Virus record (IMG/VR): IMGVR_UViG_3300037455_000543
Span: 123,136-187,135 of that record
DNA: 64,000 nt
Source: a virus
Lineage: Duplodnaviria; Heunggongvirae; Uroviricota; Caudoviricetes
Reading direction: 5' to 3' (one strand)
The position numbers and the translations under genes were made by a program. Positions 63,336-64,000 of the stretch are shown here, piece after piece. The notes under the pieces are model-generated. The model ran no database searches, was not told where the DNA came from, and saw nothing but the letters and a program-made list of their open reading frames with translations. The stretch's first letter is position 1. The number at the start of each line of letters is the position of its first letter.

Positions 63336-63734
63336 ATGAAGAATAGAGACAACATCTATAACGTAGGTAACGATTACTTCCAGAAGCTTGACAAGTACTT
63401 CTTGGACACTGATGAAAAGGTATCAGCTGCAACTGATCCTAAGGGCAATCCACTTTATGGCAAGGCATATTCTGACGGTTTGTATCACTACACAACTGAA
63501 CCGGTTTATGAACTTTCTGGCGGTGCATCTGCTCTCAACAAGCGTGTATTCAACAAGCTTCCTCAGTCTGCATGGACAGCTCCAACTTTCATTACTGATG
63601 GCACTGTCGAAGCATCTGCATTCTCTGGCATCACTGATGCATCTGCTGTATTCAGCCCGGATTATGCTAAAGTCGAATTTGACTTCGAAACAGACAATAC
63701 TTGGTCTGGTACTCCAAAAGCCAAAGAAGACTAA
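63336..63734 (+). CDS. hypothetical protein (132 aa), possible head or scaffold-associated
   Basis: ORF between the terminase and the protease. AAGGAG RBS. Confidence 0.45.
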   Translation: MKNRDNIYNVGNDYFQKLDKYFLDTDEKVSAATDPKGNPLYGKAYSDGLYHYTTEPVYELSGGASALNKRVFNKLPQSAWTAPTFITDGTVEASAFSGITDASAVFSPDYAKVEFDFETDNTWSGTPKAKED

Positions 63735-63855
63735 TTGTTACTGATTAGCAAAAATTTAAAAACCTTAGAGTAAAATCTAAGGTTTTTTCTTATATTTCTG
63801 AAATTTTCATTTGATAAATTATAAATATATTAAAGCTAATTTTAGAGGTTTTAAT

Positions 63856-64000
63856 ATGGAAGCTAAAAAGCTATTAAATGAACAAGCTATTGCAGAAAGT
63901 AAGGTTATTAATGAAGACGCAGGCAATGGCATAAAGAGAATGTATATTACAGGTCCTTTTTTACAGGCTGTAGATAAGAACAGAAATGGACGTGTATATC
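63856..64000 (+). CDS. prohead protease (T4 gp21-like), N-terminal fragment (partial at the window end)
   Basis: ITGPFLQAVDKNRNGRVY aligns to T4 gp21 ISLANVENLNGRVYP. AGAGG RBS. Confidence 0.45.
   Translation, partial: MEAKKLLNEQAIAESKVINEDAGNGIKRMYITGPFLQAVDKNRNGRVY

Noticed and set aside
63388-63744. Alternative-frame ORF after the terminase that could represent a frameshifted nuclease domain
   Set aside because: Its translation (MTSTSWTLMKRYQLQL...) is low-complexity and shows none of the RNase-H-fold terminase nuclease motifs. It overlaps the better-supported 63336..63734 gene.
1-64000. CRISPR arrays, integrase or transposase genes
   Set aside because: There are no regularly spaced direct repeats with unique spacers, and no tyrosine or serine recombinase or DDE transposase motifs in any ORF.

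Overview
This window reads as a low-GC (~33%) lytic phage genome segment, not a bacterial chromosome. It is gene-dense, with long co-directional operons, many ATGA/TAATG stop-start overlaps and no integrase.

Homologous core: the DNA metabolism and packaging genes are clearly T4-like. They include a UvsX recombinase, a UvsW-like SF2 helicase, a gp41/DnaB-like helicase, a gp59-like loader candidate and a gp32-like SSB with zinc site and acidic tail. There is also a gp17-like terminase ATPase, a gp21-like prohead protease N-terminus and the anaerobic ribonucleotide reductase pair NrdD and NrdG.

Host inference: about thirteen early/middle genes are preceded by a Bacteroidetes sigma-A type -7 box (TAnnTTTG, usually TATATTTG) a few nucleotides upstream of the ATG. 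Together with a BspA-type leucine-rich-repeat tail fibre, this points to a Bacteroidetes host.

Promoter classes: structural and some accessory operons instead carry a T4-late-like TATAAATA box followed by an AGGAG-type ribosome-binding site.

Structural module: a block of about 14 kb on the minus strand (9738-23802) encodes five large fibre or structural proteins, including:
- an 867-aa protein with BspA-like LRRs;
- a 985-aa protein with about 35 tandem 13-aa YadA-head-like repeats;
- a 1303-aa protein with 28-aa repeats.

Accessory and possibly novel content:
- a phage-encoded tmRNA (175-525) with tag ANTYAMAA;
- an RtcB RNA ligase with an adjacent HNH endonuclease;
- a NADAR (YbiA-like) protein that could reverse DNA ADP-ribosylation;
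- a NUDIX hydrolase, an Hsp20 small heat-shock protein and a DHH-DHHA1 phosphoesterase next to a SWIM zinc-finger protein;
- a discrete GC-rich unit of about 265 nt with its own promoter and terminator (41487-41760) that looks like a structured ncRNA;
- a SemiSWEET/PQ-loop mini-transporter overlapping nrdG;
- an SPFH/flotillin protein;
- a 1595-aa secreted cadherin-repeat protein with dual promoters;
- a late-expressed paralogous family (at least 5 genes) sharing an N-terminal L-x-EAK-x-I-L-K-x-x-G-Y motif;
- an archaeo-eukaryotic-type primase (AEP) with a PriCT domain and an adjacent PD-(D/E)XK nuclease;
- three glycosyltransferase or ATP-grasp candidates.

Terminase: the large terminase ORF (306 aa) stops at the end of the ATPase domain; no nuclease domain is visible downstream.

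Terminators throughout are of one style, AAAACCGG...CCGGTTTT.
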